A DNA stretch of 18,053 nt, taken from the NCBI GenBank assembly GCA_034670305.1, contig JAXMNT010000086.1:1-18053 (forward strand), written 5' to 3'. The translations under genes and the position numbers were made by a program. Positions 15,897 to 18,053 of the stretch are shown in pieces. How positions within the stretch are numbered: the stretch's first letter is position 1; each line of letters starts with the position of its first letter. The DNA comes from Deltaproteobacteria bacterium. GTDB taxonomy: Bacteria > Myxococcota_A > Polyangia > Polyangiales > Houyiibacteriaceae. The notes under the pieces were generated by a model, which was not told where the DNA came from, made no database searches, and saw nothing but the letters and a program-made list of their open reading frames with translations.

Positions 15897-17933
15897 ATGA
15901 GTTTGGTGGTGCTTGAAGACGTGTCTCTCCATCTCGGCGGCAAGAAGATCGTCGAGGGGCTTGGGCTGCGCATTGCCGAGCAAGATCGCATCGGACTCAT
16001 CGGGCCCAATGGGTCCGGCAAGACCACGCTTCTGCGGCTTCTGTGTGGCGAACAGATGCCGGACGGCGGCGTGATTCGGCCCCGCAACGGGGTGCGCATC
16101 GGCTACCTGCCACAGGACGTCACCGTCGACGGGGGCCTCACCCTGATGCAGTTCGTGCGCAAGAGCGTGCCGGGCCGGGCCGAGATCGAGCAGCAGCTCG
16201 CCGCGGCCGAAGCCGAGCTCACCACGATGCCGCTCGACCTGCCCGACTACGAAGAGCGGATGATGGAGTCCGCCGCGCTCGTGGCCGAGCTGCACGAACG
16301 GGCGCTCGATTTCGAACGGCTCTACAGCGACCACGAAGCCAAACGCATTCTTTCAGGGCTTGGGTTCACCGAGGCGGACCACGATCGCGACATCGGGGAG
16401 CTCAGCGGCGGTTGGAAGATGCGGGCCGTGCTCTCGTCGTTGCTCTTTCAGCGCCCGGACCTGCTCCTGCTCGACGAGCCGACCAACCACTTGGACATGC
16501 CTTCGGTCGCGTGGCTGTCCTCGTTCATGCAGCGCTACGATCGCTCCTTCATCCTCATCAGCCATGACCGCGAGTTTCTCGACGAGCAGATCGCGCGGGT
16601 CGTCAGCTTCGAGGTCGAAGGGGTTCGCTCCTACCCAGGCAACTACGAGAAGTACCTGAAGACCCGCGCCGAAGAACGGATCCTGCTCGAGAACCGGGCC
16701 AAGAACCTGGCCCGCGAGCGCGAGCAAATGGAACGGTTCGTCAAACGGTTCCGCGCGAAGGCATCCAAAGCCAAGCAGGTCCAGAGCCGGGTGAAGCGGC
16801 TCGAGAAGATGGACGACGTCGAGATGCTCAGCGAGCAGCAGGTGATGTCGATCCGATTCCCGACGATCGAACGCGCTGGCAAGACGGTGCTGGAGGTCGA
16901 CGGGCTCGAGAAATCGTACGGCGACCACCAGGTGCTCAAGGGCGTCGACCTGCGCGTGTCTCGTGGAGACCGCATCGCGCTGCTCGGGGTCAACGGCGCC
17001 GGCAAGACGACGCTGTTGCGCACGCTCGCCGGAGAGATCGAAGCGACCGGCGGCTCCTACCAGTTCGGTCACAAGACCAAACTCGGCTACTACGCCCAGC
17101 ACCACGCCGAAACGCTCGACCGCACCCTGACCGTCTACGATTCGATCGCACAGTGTGCGAAGGACGCGAACCACCAGCAGGTGCGCCAGGTGCTCGGCGC
17201 GATGCTCTTCGGGGACCGTGAGATCGACAAACTCGTCGGAGTGCTCAGTGGTGGAGAACGCGCCCGCATCGCCCTCGCTCAGATCTTGATCGACCCGGGC
17301 AACGTGTTGCTCATGGACGAACCGACGAACCACTTGGACCTCGCGTCGAGCGACCGGCTCGCCGACGCGATGGAGGGCTTCGAAGGCACGCTGCTCTTCG
17401 TCAGCCACAACCGCGCCTTCATCCGCCGGCTCGCCAAGACCATCTGGTTCGTCGAGGACGGCAAGGTGGAGGTCTACCCCGGCACCTTCGACGACTACAT
17501 GGCGAAGTGCCGCATGGAAGAGACCGGTCCGGTCGCCGCGGCCACGTCGGATGCGAGCGTCGCCGTCGCGATGCCGGGCGGCACCGGCGGCAAGAAGAAG
17601 AAGAAAAAGAAGGCGAGCATCCGCCCGAGTGCGCCCGAGGAACCCGCCGCGCCCGTGACCAAAGCCGATGACAAGAAGCGTCGCCGGGCCGAGGCCGACG
17701 CCCGCCGCAAACGCAAGCCGCTCGAACGGCGCTGCGCGGAGCTCGAGAAACGCATCGCCAAGATCGAAGCCGAACAGGCAGACCGGGCCAAGCAGCTCCA
17801 AGACCCCGAGGTGTACGAGGACCCCCAGGCGCAGCAGGCGGTCACCCAGGAGATGGCCCGGGCCCAGGCCGAACTCGAAGTCGCCATGGAGACGTGGACG
17901 GAGACCCAGGAAGAGTTGGAGAACCTGGACTAG
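15897..17933 (+). CDS. ABC-F family ATPase (YheS/Uup-like) with C-terminal coiled coil
   Basis: Two NBDs: GPNGSGKT / LSGGW / [11 protein letters not shown] and GVNGAGKT / LSGGE / MDEPTNHLD. Inter-domain linker ([18 protein letters not shown]), no TM. Start ATG at 15897; stop TAG lies in the CTAG at 17930-17933. Confidence 0.96.
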   Translation: MSLVVLEDVSLHLGGKKIVEGLGLRIAEQDRIGLIGPNGSGKTTLLRLLCGEQMPDGGVIRPRNGVRIGYLPQDVTVDGGLTLMQFVRKSVPGRAEIEQQLAAAEAELTTMPLDLPDYEERMMESAALVAELHERALDFERLYSDHEAKRILSGLGFTEADHDRDIGELSGGWKMRAVLSSLLFQRPDLLLLDEPTNHLDMPSVAWLSSFMQRYDRSFILISHDREFLDEQIARVVSFEVEGVRSYPGNYEKYLKTRAEERILLENRAKNLAREREQMERFVKRFRAKASKAKQVQSRVKRLEKMDDVEMLSEQQVMSIRFPTIERAGKTVLEVDGLEKSYGDHQVLKGVDLRVSRGDRIALLGVNGAGKTTLLRTLAGEIEATGGSYQFGHKTKLGYYAQHHAETLDRTLTVYDSIAQCAKDANHQQVRQVLGAMLFGDREIDKLVGVLSGGERARIALAQILIDPGNVLLMDEPTNHLDLASSDRLADAMEGFEGTLLFVSHNRAFIRRLAKTIWFVEDGKVEVYPGTFDDYMAKCRMEETGPVAAATSDASVAVAMPGGTGGKKKKKKKASIRPSAPEEPAAPVTKADDKKRRRAEADARRKRKPLERRCAELEKRIAKIEAEQADRAKQLQDPEVYEDPQAQQAVTQEMARAQAELEVAMETWTETQEELENLD

Positions 17934-18053
17934 CAGGTTGCTGAAGAACGCCCGCAGGGCGTTCTCGCAGCCTGCCCCTTGCCCCTGCCCTTGCCTTTGC
18001 CCTTGCCCGCGGATCAGCGGTCAGATCGCTTGATCAGCGCGACGAGCATCGCG
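17930..18053 (-). repeat. Right copy of the 124-bp perfect inverted repeat
   Basis: Exact reverse complement of 1..124. Confidence 0.97.
18014..18052 (-). CDS. Partial CDS (3' end, AMLVALIKRSDR*), second copy, probably a four-helix-bundle protein
   Basis: Identical to 2..40 on the opposite strand. Confidence 0.5.
   Translation of the reverse strand, partial: AMLVALIKRSDR

Noticed and set aside
11598-16334. Very long alternative-frame and antisense ORFs (1578 aa here; also 2117..4414, 5575..6993, 7204..8592, 8730..10544, 16353..17801)
   Set aside because: Arg/Pro/Ala-rich or antisense shadow ORFs typical of very high-GC DNA, overlapping genes with clear family motifs.
1-18053. Linear plasmid or phage with terminal inverted repeats
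   Set aside because: No replication, terminal-protein, capsid or protelomerase genes. The repeats cut through an ORF, as expected for contig ends at a collapsed repeat.

Overview
GC-rich chromosomal segment whose gene content points to Myxococcota (Polyangia/Sandaracinus-like; inference from an AgmX/PglI-domain protein, a Hanks kinase with a TPR/PEGA-like partner and many lipoproteins). It holds 13 complete CDSs: TPR/PEGA-like protein, Ser/Thr kinase, HTH-bearing regulator-like protein, Cys-rich lipoprotein with a putative LAS Zn-peptidase domain, four-helix-bundle (23S-IVP/bAvd-like) protein, M23-SH3 lipoprotein, AgmX/PglI-CTD protein with a sigma54 promoter, acidic hypothetical protein, multi-SH3-like lipoprotein, H1-like-tail/HEAT-like protein, M1 aminopeptidase, YyaL/DUF255 protein and an ABC-F ATPase. 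The most unusual signal is non-coding. (1) A four-helix-bundle gene with a highly structured 5' leader and a 3' hairpin sits between two direct (GCTTCC)n arrays. Two other intergenic loci carry the same ordered composite hexamer array without the cassette, which looks like filled versus empty sites. (2) The window begins and ends with a perfect 124-bp inverted repeat. It contains what looks like the 3' end of another four-helix-bundle gene, a hexamer tract and an IS-end-like hairpin, and it ends in a CTAG that supplies the stop codon of the adjacent host gene at both ends. Together these suggest a family of small, repeat-associated, non-autonomous four-helix-bundle mobile cassettes. No reverse transcriptase or transposase is present in the window, so the mechanism is inferred only.
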